A stretch of 64,000 nt of DNA from an uncultured Chloroflexia bacterium. Lineage in GTDB: Bacteria > Chloroflexota > Limnocylindria > QHBO01. The position numbers were made by a program, and so were the translations under genes. The first letter of the stretch is position 1. Every line of letters begins with the position of its first letter. Positions 8,893 through 17,574 of this stretch are shown piece by piece. Below the pieces are notes generated by a model, which saw nothing but the letters and a program-made list of their open reading frames with translations, did no database searches and was not told the origin of the DNA. The DNA lies in the NCBI GenBank assembly GCA_963838125.1, contig CAWIPT010000007.1, positions 283,487 to 347,486 of the forward strand, given 5' to 3'.

Positions 8893-11800
8893 GTGATGGA
8901 GGAGGATCCCACCCCGGGGGCAGTCACGTGGAGTGGATCCATAGTCATCCAAGCGCGCCGACTGGGCAGCGCCGTGGCCCTGCGCACCATCTTCGGCCTC
9001 GCTCGTCTCCTGGCCCCACCGCTCCTGATCGTCTTCGCGATCGGGGCCGTGGTGGGCGCGCCCGCGCCGGTCGCGGGCGCGACGCGCACGTGGGACGGTG
9101 GGTCCATCGTCACCCAGAACTGGACCGATCCGCTGAACTGGGTGGGAGATGTCGCCCCTGTGGCGGGAGACACGGTCGTGTTCGACGCGACCAGCATCGA
9201 GCCGGTAACGATCAATGCCTCGGTCACGGTTCAGGGCGTGACCGTCGCCGCCGGATACTCCGGCGTGATCACCCAGGCGGCCGGAAGCACGCTCACCGTG
9301 ACCGGCGGCGTCGCCGACTTCATCCAGGCGGGTGGCACCTTCACCGGCGGCACGGCGGCCATCACGGTCGGCGACCAGTTCACGTTGAGCGGCGGGACGT
9401 TCACGAGCACCACCGGCACCCTGACCGTGAACGGCGCCTTTACGATGTCCGGTGGGTCCTTTGGGCACAATGGCGGCACCGTGGCGTTCGCGGCGAGCAA
9501 CGTTACGATTGACGTCCCGACCAGCCTGACCCTGAATAACGCCTCGTTCCTGTCCGGCACGAAAACGATTGCCGCCGGGGACACCCTCGACGTCGTCGGG
9601 ACGCTCAATCTCGCCGGCGGCGTGGTCAACACCGGCACCCTGGCCGCCCAAGGCGCGATCACGGTCCAGGCCGGGTTCACTGGCAACAGCACGGCCACCC
9701 TGCTCATCAACGGCGCCGCCGACCAGACGATGACCGGCTTCCACACGGTCGGCAGCGGTGACCTTCCGGCGGTGGTCATCAACAAGCCAAGTGGCTCGCT
9801 GACCCTCGGCACGTCCGGCACGGGGATCCTGCGCACCACTGACAACTGGACGTACACCGCCGCCCCTGGCGGCCTGGTCACCACCGGCAGCACGCTGGTG
9901 TTCACCGGCGGCACGATCACCGGCTCACACACCCTTGATGGGGTCCAGATCCGGGGCGGGACGGTCACCATCGCCGCCGGCACGACCCTGGCGGTGCCCG
10001 GCAACCTGAACCTGTTCAGCGGCGCCTTGGCCCAGGCTGCTGCCACCGGCACCCTGGCCGCCCAAGGCGCGATCACGGTCCAGGCCGGGTTCACTGGCAA
10101 CAGCACGGCCACCCTGCTCATCAACGGCGCCGCCGACCAGACGATGACCGGCTTCCACACGGTCGGCAGCGGTGACCTTCCGGCGGTGGTCATCAACAAG
10201 CCAAGTGGCTCGCTGACCCTCGGCACGTCCGGCACGGGGATCCTGCGCACCACTGACAACTGGACGTACACCGCCGCCCCTGGCGGCCTGGTCACCACCG
10301 GCAGCACGCTGGTGTTCACCGGCGGCACGATCACCGGCTCACACACCCTTGATGGGGTCCAGATCCGGGGCGGGACGGTCACCATCGCCGCCGGCACGAC
10401 CCTGGCGGTGCCCGGCAACCTGAACCTGTTCAGCGGCGCCTTGGCCCAGGCTGCTGCCACCGGCACCCTGGCCGCCCAAGGCGCGATCACGGTCCAGGCC
10501 GGGTTCACTGGCAACAGCACGGCCACCCTGCTCATCAACGGCGCCGCCGACCAGACGATGACCGGCTTCCACACGGTCGGCAGCGGTGACCTTCCGGCGG
10601 TGGTCATCAACAAGCCAAGTGGCTCGCTGACCCTCGGCACGTCCGGCACGGGGATCCTGCGCACCACTGACAACTGGACGTACACCGCCGCCCCTGGCGG
10701 CCTGGTCACCACCGGCAGCACGCTGGTGTTCACCGGCGGCACGATCACCGGCTCACACACCCTTGATGGGGTCCAGATCCGGGGCGGGACGGTCACCATC
10801 GCCGCCGGCACGACCCTGACCGCGGCCGGCAGCCTCGACCTGGTCACCGGGGCCCTGAACGGCGGCACCCTGGCCGTCGAGGGCGACCTCTTCGCCCGGG
10901 CCGGGTTCGCCAGCAGCGGGACCGCGACGGTGCTGATCAACGGCACTGCCGATCAGACCTTCACCGGCTTCCACAACTCGACCACCGGCAGCCTGCCGAA
11001 CATCACCATCGACAAGCCCGCCGGCACCCTCACCGTGAGCGGCGGCCTGCGCACCGGTCGGAACTGGACCTACCTCACCGGCGGCCTGGTCACCACCGGC
11101 AGCACGCTGGTGTTCACCGGCGGCACGATCACCGGCTCACACACCCTTGATGGGGTCCAGATCCGGGGCGGGACGGTCACCATCGCCGCCGGCACGACCC
11201 TGACCGCGGCCGGCAGCCTCGACCTGGTCACCGGGGCCCTGAACGGCGGCACCCTGGCCGTCGAGGGCGACCTCTTCGCCCGGGCCGGGTTCGCCAGCAG
11301 CGGGACCGCGACGGTGCTGATCAACGGCACTGCCGATCAGACCTTCACCGGCTTCCACAACTCGACCACCGGCAGCCTGCCGAACATCACCATCGACAAG
11401 CCCGCCGGCACCCTCACCGTGAGCGGCGGCCTGCGCACCGGTCGGAACTGGACCTACCTCACCGGCGGCCTGGTCACCACCGGCAGCACGCTGGTGTTCA
11501 CCGGCGGCACGATCACCGGCTCACACACCCTTGATGGGGTCCAGATCCGGGGCGGGACGGTCACCATCGCCGCCGGCACGACCCTGACCGCGGCCGGCAG
11601 CCTCGACCTGGTCACCGGGGCCCTGAACGGCGGCACCCTGGCCGTCGAGGGCGACCTCTTCGCCCGGGCCGGGTTCGCCAGCAGCGGGACCGCGACGGTG
11701 CTGATCAACGGCACTGCCGATCAGACCTTCACCGGCTTCCACAACTCGACCACCGGCAGCCTGCCGAACATCACCATCGACAAGCCCGCCGGCACCCTCA

Positions 11801-13593
11801 CCGTGAGCGGCGGCCTGCGCACCGGTCGGAACTGGACCTACCTCACCGGCGGCCTGGTCACCACCGGCAGCACGCTGGTGTTCACCGGCAACCTGACCAT
11901 CTCGGGCACTCATGCCCTGGATATCGTCGAGCTGCGCTCGGGTAATGTGACCGTGGCCGCGGGCGACACCGTCAGCGTGAACGGGCTCCTCACGTTGACC
12001 AACGGCAACCTCGAGGGCGGCACGATCGCGGCCCTGGGCGACATCAACCTACTGGACACGTTCGACGGCGAGACCGGCACCCTCCTCATCGCGGGAACGG
12101 GCGTGCAGACGCTCACCGGCAGCGCCACCCCCACGACCGGCGACGTGGCAAACATCGTGATCGACAAGCCGTCGGGCACGCTGTTCCTGGCCGGCACCAT
12201 TCGGCTCCTCACCTCGTCCTGGACCTGGGTCGAGGGGACCGTGGATGCCGGGACCTCGCTGGTGGTGTTCGACAGCGGCACCACCGTCAACGCCCCCGGC
12301 ATGGCTTTCTTCGACGTCCAGGTCACCGGCGGGACGGCGACCCTTCTCGGCGGCCTCGACGTCGATGGTGCCCTGTGGGTCTCCGGCGGGACGCTTGCCC
12401 TCGCCGGCCTGAGCGCCGCAGTCGCCGGCGACGTGACCGTTGACGGCTCGATCGCCCCGGGAACCGGCGAGCTGGTCATGGACGGGGCGGCAGCGCAGGT
12501 CATCGGCGGCACCGCCGTCAGCATCGGTCTGTTTGACCTCACCGCCGACAACCCCGCCGGCGTCACGCTCGCCATCGAGGTCCAAGTCGCGGGCACCCTG
12601 ACCCTCATTGGTCCGTTGTCGTTCAGTGGCCAGACTCTGGGCATCGCCAATCCCATCGCCGGCACGCCGACCAACCTGTCCGGGGATGCGGCCTCGACCC
12701 TGGAGGTCGTCGGGACCGGCGCCGGAATCGTGGTTCCCGTCAGCCTCCCAACCCTCGGCAACCTTTTGGTCGACAACCCGAACGGCGCCGCGCTGGCAGC
12801 GTCCATCACCATCGGCCAGACCCTGACCCTGACCGATGGCATCCTGCGCTCCCGTCCGTGGGTGCTGACGATTGACCCCGCCGGATCGGTCGTCAGGACG
12901 GCCGGCCATGTCGACGGTGCCCTTCAGAAGACCATCCCGTTGGGCGGGGGGACCGTTGTCTACGAGATCGGCGACGCGACGACCTACGCCCCCGTGGCGC
13001 TGACATTCGGCATGGTCAGCGGGAGTGGCCCGATCACCGCCATGACCACCGCCGGCGAGCACACAAGCATCGGCACCTCGCTTATCGACCCAGACCTTGA
13101 CGTGAACCGATGGTGGAGCATTGTCGACGCGGGCGTCGTCTTCGACACGGTGGACGTCGTCTTCAGCTGGGCGCCGTCGGACGTCGATCCGGGAGCCGAT
13201 CCCATGGCGTTCGTGACCGGGAAGTGGTCCCCAGGCTGGACCCTCCCGGTCGCCGGAATGCTGACCCCGACTTCGATAATGGCCTACGGCCTGACCTCGT
13301 TCAGCGAGTTCGCGGTCGGGGAGTTGGAGGAAGGCGACCCGCTGCCGGACACCGCCCAGACCGACCCCGTTCCAACCGCCCCCCTAATGGTGGCCAGCCT
13401 GGTCACAACCCTCGCCGGCCTCCTGGCGATGCTCATTTTCCGCAGCGCTCATGGCTCCCGCCGCCGGCCCGCCCGAGTCGCCGCCTTGTCGGTGGCGACG
13501 CTGTACCCCTCCGACGTTCCCGTCGTAGAGGTTGCGGTGCTCAACTCATCGCGTCCCGATTGGGAGATCGACTGGCAGGACCTGTACCGCTGA
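8893..13593 (+). CDS. secreted/cell-surface beta-helix-like repeat protein with a C-terminal membrane anchor
   Basis: 1,566-aa uninterrupted ORF. Signal-peptide-like N-terminus (..LLAPPLLIVFAIGAVVGAPAPVAGA/TRTW). Opening TWDGG..NWTDPLNW motif, as in autotransporter-associated beta-strand repeat proteins. G/T/L-rich modules of about 130 aa. C-terminal LPDTA, hydrophobic helix and RRR. Function unknown; adhesin-like is an inference. Confidence 0.85.
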   Translation: MMEEDPTPGAVTWSGSIVIQARRLGSAVALRTIFGLARLLAPPLLIVFAIGAVVGAPAPVAGATRTWDGGSIVTQNWTDPLNWVGDVAPVAGDTVVFDATSIEPVTINASVTVQGVTVAAGYSGVITQAAGSTLTVTGGVADFIQAGGTFTGGTAAITVGDQFTLSGGTFTSTTGTLTVNGAFTMSGGSFGHNGGTVAFAASNVTIDVPTSLTLNNASFLSGTKTIAAGDTLDVVGTLNLAGGVVNTGTLAAQGAITVQAGFTGNSTATLLINGAADQTMTGFHTVGSGDLPAVVINKPSGSLTLGTSGTGILRTTDNWTYTAAPGGLVTTGSTLVFTGGTITGSHTLDGVQIRGGTVTIAAGTTLAVPGNLNLFSGALAQAAATGTLAAQGAITVQAGFTGNSTATLLINGAADQTMTGFHTVGSGDLPAVVINKPSGSLTLGTSGTGILRTTDNWTYTAAPGGLVTTGSTLVFTGGTITGSHTLDGVQIRGGTVTIAAGTTLAVPGNLNLFSGALAQAAATGTLAAQGAITVQAGFTGNSTATLLINGAADQTMTGFHTVGSGDLPAVVINKPSGSLTLGTSGTGILRTTDNWTYTAAPGGLVTTGSTLVFTGGTITGSHTLDGVQIRGGTVTIAAGTTLTAAGSLDLVTGALNGGTLAVEGDLFARAGFASSGTATVLINGTADQTFTGFHNSTTGSLPNITIDKPAGTLTVSGGLRTGRNWTYLTGGLVTTGSTLVFTGGTITGSHTLDGVQIRGGTVTIAAGTTLTAAGSLDLVTGALNGGTLAVEGDLFARAGFASSGTATVLINGTADQTFTGFHNSTTGSLPNITIDKPAGTLTVSGGLRTGRNWTYLTGGLVTTGSTLVFTGGTITGSHTLDGVQIRGGTVTIAAGTTLTAAGSLDLVTGALNGGTLAVEGDLFARAGFASSGTATVLINGTADQTFTGFHNSTTGSLPNITIDKPAGTLTVSGGLRTGRNWTYLTGGLVTTGSTLVFTGNLTISGTHALDIVELRSGNVTVAAGDTVSVNGLLTLTNGNLEGGTIAALGDINLLDTFDGETGTLLIAGTGVQTLTGSATPTTGDVANIVIDKPSGTLFLAGTIRLLTSSWTWVEGTVDAGTSLVVFDSGTTVNAPGMAFFDVQVTGGTATLLGGLDVDGALWVSGGTLALAGLSAAVAGDVTVDGSIAPGTGELVMDGAAAQVIGGTAVSIGLFDLTADNPAGVTLAIEVQVAGTLTLIGPLSFSGQTLGIANPIAGTPTNLSGDAASTLEVVGTGAGIVVPVSLPTLGNLLVDNPNGAALAASITIGQTLTLTDGILRSRPWVLTIDPAGSVVRTAGHVDGALQKTIPLGGGTVVYEIGDATTYAPVALTFGMVSGSGPITAMTTAGEHTSIGTSLIDPDLDVNRWWSIVDAGVVFDTVDVVFSWAPSDVDPGADPMAFVTGKWSPGWTLPVAGMLTPTSIMAYGLTSFSEFAVGELEEGDPLPDTAQTDPVPTAPLMVASLVTTLAGLLAMLIFRSAHGSRRRPARVAALSVATLYPSDVPVVEVAVLNSSRPDWEIDWQDLYR
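9630..10818 (+). repeat. tandem repeat, 414-bp unit x 2.9, copies identical by eye
   Basis: Units start at 9631, 10045 and 10459. Base-by-base comparison shows no mismatch. In frame, 138 aa per unit. Confidence 0.95.
10819..11889 (+). repeat. tandem repeat, 384-bp unit x 2.8, copies identical by eye
   Basis: Units start at 10819, 11203 and 11587, and identity ends at 11889. In frame, 128 aa per unit. Shares a 123-bp core with the 414-bp units (core starts 9868, 10282, 10696, 11080, 11464, partial at 11848). Confidence 0.95.
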
Positions 13594-13606
13594 GCGGGTT
13601 CCTCGC

Positions 13607-14530
13607 CTAGCGCCCAGCGAGGTCCTCGACCAGCGGTGCCATGGCCTCCATTGCCGGCTGCGGGATGGAGTAGTAGCTGATCCCCAGCCGCTCGCGACGC
13701 CGCTCGAGGATGTCCCGCAACCGGCGCCTGGTGCCATGCAGGACATACGGCGATCGGACAAGTCCGCCGGCTCCGGCGAGCCCGGCAGCCATCATTGATG
13801 GGATCGGGCCGCTTCCGCTGCCGACTATCCCTGCCAGGGCGATGAACACGTTGAGTTCGAGGCGGTCGAACCGGTCGCCGGCAGCGGTCCGGACCAGCGC
13901 CACCTTCTCCACCAGGGCGCCCTCGGTGGCCTGGGCTACGATCGGCCGGCCGGCGGCGTTGAACTGTGGGACGAAGCCCACGGTGTCCGCCTCGCGGGCC
14001 GCGATCCGGAGCATGCGTGGCCCGCCTCCGCCGAGCATGAACGGCGGGCGTGGCTGCTGGACCGGCCGCGGCGCGACGCGAGCGCGCCTGAGCTGGTAGT
14101 GGCGGCCGGTGTGAGTCACCGTCTCCCCGGCCAGCAGCCGAGCGACGATGGCGACCGCTTCCTCCATCCGGTCGATGCGCCGCCCCGCCGCGTCGTACGG
14201 GACACCGAGCTGCGAGTAGTCCGTCACCCGCCAGCCGGCCCCGATCCCGAACTCCAACCGCCCGCCGGACAGGGCATCGAGGGTCGCCGCCTCACGGGCG
14301 AGGAGCAGCGGGTGGCGGAAGTCGTTGGCGAAGACGTAGGAGCCGATACGCAGCTTCGAGGTGACCGCCGCGGCCGCGGCCAGCGCCGGCACAGGCGATA
14401 GCTGGCTGGTGAGGTGGTCCGGGACGAGGAGGATGTCGTAGCCGAGCGACTCGGCCCGTTGGGCCATCGCCTGCCAGGCGTCGCCGGTCCCCACCCAGCC
14501 AGCGGTCAGGCCGAAGCGGAACGGACGCAT
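13607..14530 (-). CDS. LLM-class (luciferase-like) flavin/F420-dependent oxidoreductase
   Basis: Start taken at the internal ATG 14530 (MRPFRFGLTAG..). Motifs LGYDILLVPDH and RLEFGIGAGW are typical of LLM proteins. The 90-aa N-terminal extension of the listed ORF is low-complexity and overlaps the divergent deaminase gene. Confidence 0.8.
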   Translation of the reverse strand: MRPFRFGLTAGWVGTGDAWQAMAQRAESLGYDILLVPDHLTSQLSPVPALAAAAAVTSKLRIGSYVFANDFRHPLLLAREAATLDALSGGRLEFGIGAGWRVTDYSQLGVPYDAAGRRIDRMEEAVAIVARLLAGETVTHTGRHYQLRRARVAPRPVQQPRPPFMLGGGGPRMLRIAAREADTVGFVPQFNAAGRPIVAQATEGALVEKVALVRTAAGDRFDRLELNVFIALAGIVGSGSGPIPSMMAAGLAGAGGLVRSPYVLHGTRRRLRDILERRRERLGISYYSIPQPAMEAMAPLVEDLAGR

Positions 14531-14585
14531 TGGTCGCCAGTCTGACCGATCCCACGGGCCCGCTCGTGGAGTAGATTCCCGGACG

Positions 14586-15071
14586 ATGTCCGAGGTTGAC
14601 CACGCGCCGTTCATGCGACGGGCCATCGCCCTCGCCCGCCAGAGCGCGCTCGTAGACCGCACCGGCAGTCCGTTCGGCTGCGTGATCGTCCGCGACCGCC
14701 GGATCGTGGGTGAGGGCGTGAACCAGGTCCCCACCTGGAACGATCCCACCGCCCACGCCGAGGTGGTGGCCATCCGGGGCGCATGCGAGGCGCTGGGCAC
14801 CTACGTCCTGGCAGGCTGTATCGCGTACACCACCGGCGAGCCATGCCCCATGTGCTACGCCGCGGCATGGTGGGCGCGGGTAGAGGCCATCTACTACTCA
14901 TCCACCATCCGCGACGCCCTGGAGTACGGCGCGTTCGACGACGAGTCGATCTACGAGGCCGTCACCAAGCCCGGTCCGGAGCGTGCGGTGCCCGCCCGAG
15001 AGATGCTGCGCGACGAGATGCTGGAGGTCTGGCGCGAGTTTGCCGCCATCCCCAACCGCATCCACTATTGA
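14586..15071 (+). CDS. nucleoside/guanine deaminase (CMP/dCMP-type zinc-binding)
   Basis: 161 aa with HAE and PCPMC zinc-ligand motifs at the expected spacing. Confidence 0.85.
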   Translation: MSEVDHAPFMRRAIALARQSALVDRTGSPFGCVIVRDRRIVGEGVNQVPTWNDPTAHAEVVAIRGACEALGTYVLAGCIAYTTGEPCPMCYAAAWWARVEAIYYSSTIRDALEYGAFDDESIYEAVTKPGPERAVPAREMLRDEMLEVWREFAAIPNRIHY

Positions 15072-15074
15072 CCG

Positions 15075-15788
15075 ATGCCTGCCACCTTCACCGGGTTCAC
15101 CCCCGAGGCCATCCACTTCCTGCTCGAGCTGTCGGTCAACAACGACCGCGGCTGGTTCCAGCCCCGCAAGGCGGAGTACGAGCGGCTGCTGAAGGGACCG
15201 ATCGAGGCGCTGTGCCTCGACCTCGGCGAGCGGTTCCGCAAGCGCAAGATCCCCCTGCGTGCCGACTCCGGCTCACCGTTCCGGATCTACCGCGACGTCC
15301 GCTTCTCGAAGGACAAGTCGCCGTACAAGACCTATGTCAGCGCCAGCTTCCCATGGGATGAGCCGGGCGCCCCGGCTCCCGCATCCGGCAGGCACGCCGA
15401 GGCCGTGCACCGGCCCGGAGGCTACTTCTCGTTCGCGCCCGACCAGATGTACACGGGTGGCGGGATGTGGCACGCCGACCGTGCCCACCTCGAGGCGTGG
15501 CGCGGACTCGTGGTCGAGGAGCCCAAGCGCCTGCACGCGGTCATCGACGCGCCGAAATTCAGGAAGGCGTTCGGTGATCTCGACGCCGAGGATCGGCTCA
15601 AGCGCGTCCCGCCCGGGTACCCCGCCGACCACCCCGATGCCGAGCTCCTCAAGCTCAAGGATGTCCTGTTCGGCCGGCGCCTGACCGATGCCGAGGCGCT
15701 GTCGCCGGACCTGCCCGATGTCCTGGCCGATGACTTCGCCACGGCCACGCCGCTGCTCCGCCTGCTCGCCTCGCTGACGCCGAAATGA
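15075..15788 (+). CDS. DUF2461 (TIGR02453) family protein
   Basis: 237 aa. Motifs FLLELSVNNDRGWF and RIYRDVRFSKDKSPYKT are characteristic of the family. Confidence 0.85.
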   Translation: MPATFTGFTPEAIHFLLELSVNNDRGWFQPRKAEYERLLKGPIEALCLDLGERFRKRKIPLRADSGSPFRIYRDVRFSKDKSPYKTYVSASFPWDEPGAPAPASGRHAEAVHRPGGYFSFAPDQMYTGGGMWHADRAHLEAWRGLVVEEPKRLHAVIDAPKFRKAFGDLDAEDRLKRVPPGYPADHPDAELLKLKDVLFGRRLTDAEALSPDLPDVLADDFATATPLLRLLASLTPK

Positions 15789-16414
15789 CTATGCAGAAAA
15801 CCCTCGTCGCGCCTGGGAGAAAGGCGTAGACTCGGTCAGCCATCTGGATCCCGCGGCTTGCCGCGACCCGGGTGGTACGGAGGCACGGAAGTTGGCGTTT
15901 TACGTTGGCAACGGTGCCTTCGCCGGGTGCTGGTAGCGTAGGAAGCGGAGTTAAGCGCCCGCTCCAGCGCGCAAGTGGCTCACTGCCGCCGCCCGGTTGA
16001 ACCCCGGCAGGGTCGAAATACCGTGCCAGGGCCGGCCGGGATGACTCGATGGCAATGTCGCGGGCGAGCTGGCTACAGTCGGGAACCGGCGGGATGTCAC
16101 TCTCGGGTGACGCTCGAACTCGACTGGACTGGCCTACGGTCCTGGTTCGGCGGCGGGCTCGTCGCCGGGCGGCATTTCAAGTCAGGCGTCGCTAAAGAAG
16201 TCCGACAACGGTTCGGGCGCCAGGTCCGTCGTCCCGCTTGGACGACAGGCTCGGTGTTGGAACAGGAGTCGGGCGCGGCGCGGGCGCGTCCGTTTGTCCG
16301 GCGTGAAACCCGGACCGATAGGCGAGCCGATAGGGGCCTCGCGACTCCGCAAGGGGTCTGCCGGGCCCCTGCGTCGTTTCCGGGGCATCATCGTGATCCG
16401 CCAGGGAGCCAACC

Positions 16415-16789
16415 ATGGCCATCATCGTCAAGAACCTGGACAAGCCCGACGAGGCGTTCAGCGACGGCGACGCCGGCGCATCGGGCTACACCGTCGTTGG
16501 TGACTCGATGGTCTTCCGTTCGGTTCTCCAGCCCGGCTGGTCCTGGGACGAGTACGTCAAGCCACATACCGATGGCGACGAGAGCTGCCCCATGGTCCAC
16601 CGCGAGTACGTCATCTCCGGCCAGATCCGCTACCTGACCGACGAGGGGGACGAGGTCGTGGCCGGCCCCGGTGACCACCTGTGGATCGGGCCCGGCCATC
16701 GGGCCTGGGTGATGGGGGACGAGCCGTACGTGTGCATCGACTTCGAGATCGGCGAGCCCGACGACGACGAGGACAGCGACCCGAGCTGA
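16415..16789 (+). CDS. cupin domain protein
   Basis: 124 aa. AGGGAG lies 6 nt before the ATG. Beta-rich, with H..E/H..H cupin-like spacing and an acidic C-terminal tail. Confidence 0.7.
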   Translation: MAIIVKNLDKPDEAFSDGDAGASGYTVVGDSMVFRSVLQPGWSWDEYVKPHTDGDESCPMVHREYVISGQIRYLTDEGDEVVAGPGDHLWIGPGHRAWVMGDEPYVCIDFEIGEPDDDEDSDPS

Positions 16790-16790
16790 T

Positions 16791-17085
16791 TCAGCCGCCC
16801 AGCCGCCGCCGGATCTCGACCTCGTACTCGGGGAAGTAGCGCCCGATCACCGGAAGCTCGAACTCGCGGAGGATGGACTCCCGGGGCTCGCGTTCGAGCA
16901 GGAACGCGAACGACTCCTCGACCAGCTGCTCGGGCGCGATGCCCGGCGGGCCGAGGTGCGCGAGATCGTCGGCCGCCACCTTCACCTCGTGGCGCGTGGC
17001 CGCCAGGGTCGTCCCCGACCGTGATCCGGCAGTGCCACCCGCCCTCGGTCGGGTCGCACGCGACGTGGACAGTGCACCGGGCCAT
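16791..17085 (-). pseudogene. small conserved hypothetical protein interrupted by a 1-nt frameshift
   Basis: ATG at 17085 gives MARCTVHVACDPTEGGWHCRITVGDDPG. The protein-like continuation ATRHEVKVAADDLAHLGPPGIAPEQLVEESFAFLLEREPRESILREFELPVIGRYFPEYEVEI is in another frame, ending at 16791. The span is 295 nt (3n+1). The junction is at about 16995-17008. Confidence 0.5.
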
Positions 17086-17093
17086 CGTAGGGT

Positions 17094-17169
17094 TGGAGCG
17101 GGAGACGGGGATCGAACCCGCGACATTCAGCTTGGAAGGCTGACGCTCTGCCAACTGAGCTACTCCCGC
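17094..17169 (-). tRNA. tRNA-Gly (anticodon TCC)
   Basis: The reverse complement folds as a 76-nt cloverleaf. Acceptor GCGGGAG/CTCCCGC, D arm GCTC-AGTTGGCA-GAGC, anticodon arm TCAGC-CTTCCAA-GCTGA, variable ATGTC, T arm GCGGG-TTCGATC-CCCGT, discriminator T, encoded CCA. Confidence 0.95.
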
Positions 17170-17207
17170 CCGCGCCGGGAGATTGTACCGATGAGCGGCA
17201 GAGCGAC

Positions 17208-17546
17208 CTAGGTCGGCTCCGATCCCACGGCGACAATGCTCTCGCCGCCGAACACGTATGGCTCGGCGACCTGGTACGTGTCAGCCTCGCGGTTCCAGGC
17301 TTCGAATCGGGGATCGCCGTCGTGGGCGTGGTGCCCCTCGTCGGTTGCGAAGATGGCGACGACGAGGTACTGCACCGCACCATTCGCCTTCTTGGTGCTG
17401 ATCTCCAACCGGCTCAGGGTGGCCCGCACCAGCAGCCCGCGCGCGTGAAGGTCGCGCCAGATCGGCTCTTCCTGGGCCCGAAACCCGTTCTCGAACGCCG
17501 TGGTGTGCTCCTCGCCCACGTTCAGGACGATCCCAATCGTCTCCAT
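17208..17546 (-). CDS. hypothetical protein
   Basis: 112-aa ORF with balanced, non-shadow composition (METIGIVLNVGEEHTTAFENGF..). Co-oriented with the FAH and DinB genes. No family recognised. Confidence 0.55.
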   Translation of the reverse strand: METIGIVLNVGEEHTTAFENGFRAQEEPIWRDLHARGLLVRATLSRLEISTKKANGAVQYLVVAIFATDEGHHAHDGDPRFEAWNREADTYQVAEPYVFGGESIVAVGSEPT

Positions 17547-17574
17547 GCGCAGCCTCCTCTGATTGGATATCGGT

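Noticed and set aside
9630-11889. CRISPR array or mobile-element repeats.
   Set aside because: The units are 384-414 bp, directly abutting with no spacers, in frame and coding within one ORF. No cas or transposase genes are present.
13607-14800. The longest-ORF versions of several genes: LLM 13607-14800, FAH 18066-19235, DUF62 34000-34953, ECF-S 31708-32454, DUF885 37225-39240, and GGDEF from 18953.
   Set aside because: The N-terminal extensions are Pro/Arg/Gly-rich, overlap neighbouring genes, and precede internal starts that match family N-termini and often have a good RBS.
15785-15829. A 14-codon micro-ORF (MTMQKTLVAPGRKA) overlapping the DUF2461 stop through ATGA.
   Set aside because: It is too short to support and has no RBS of its own or conservation evidence. 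It is likely coincidental.
15789-16414. Possible RNase P RNA, tmRNA, SRP RNA or cobalamin riboswitch in the 626-bp gap.
   Set aside because: - RNase P: no GAGGAAAGUCCGG / ACAGAACCCGGC pair.
- tmRNA: no GGUUCGA T-loop with a CCACCA end, and no ..ALAA tag frame.
- SRP: no GGAAGCAGCC domain IV.
- Cobalamin riboswitch: only loose resemblance to the B12 box (AAGUCAGGCGUCGC), and no vitamin-related downstream gene.

The region is kept as an unknown candidate, not a named family.
17094-17169. tRNA-Gly as an integration site for a genomic island.
   Set aside because: No integrase is present, no direct repeat of the tRNA 3' end was found in the window, and the flanking genes look like ordinary chromosomal genes with native GC content.
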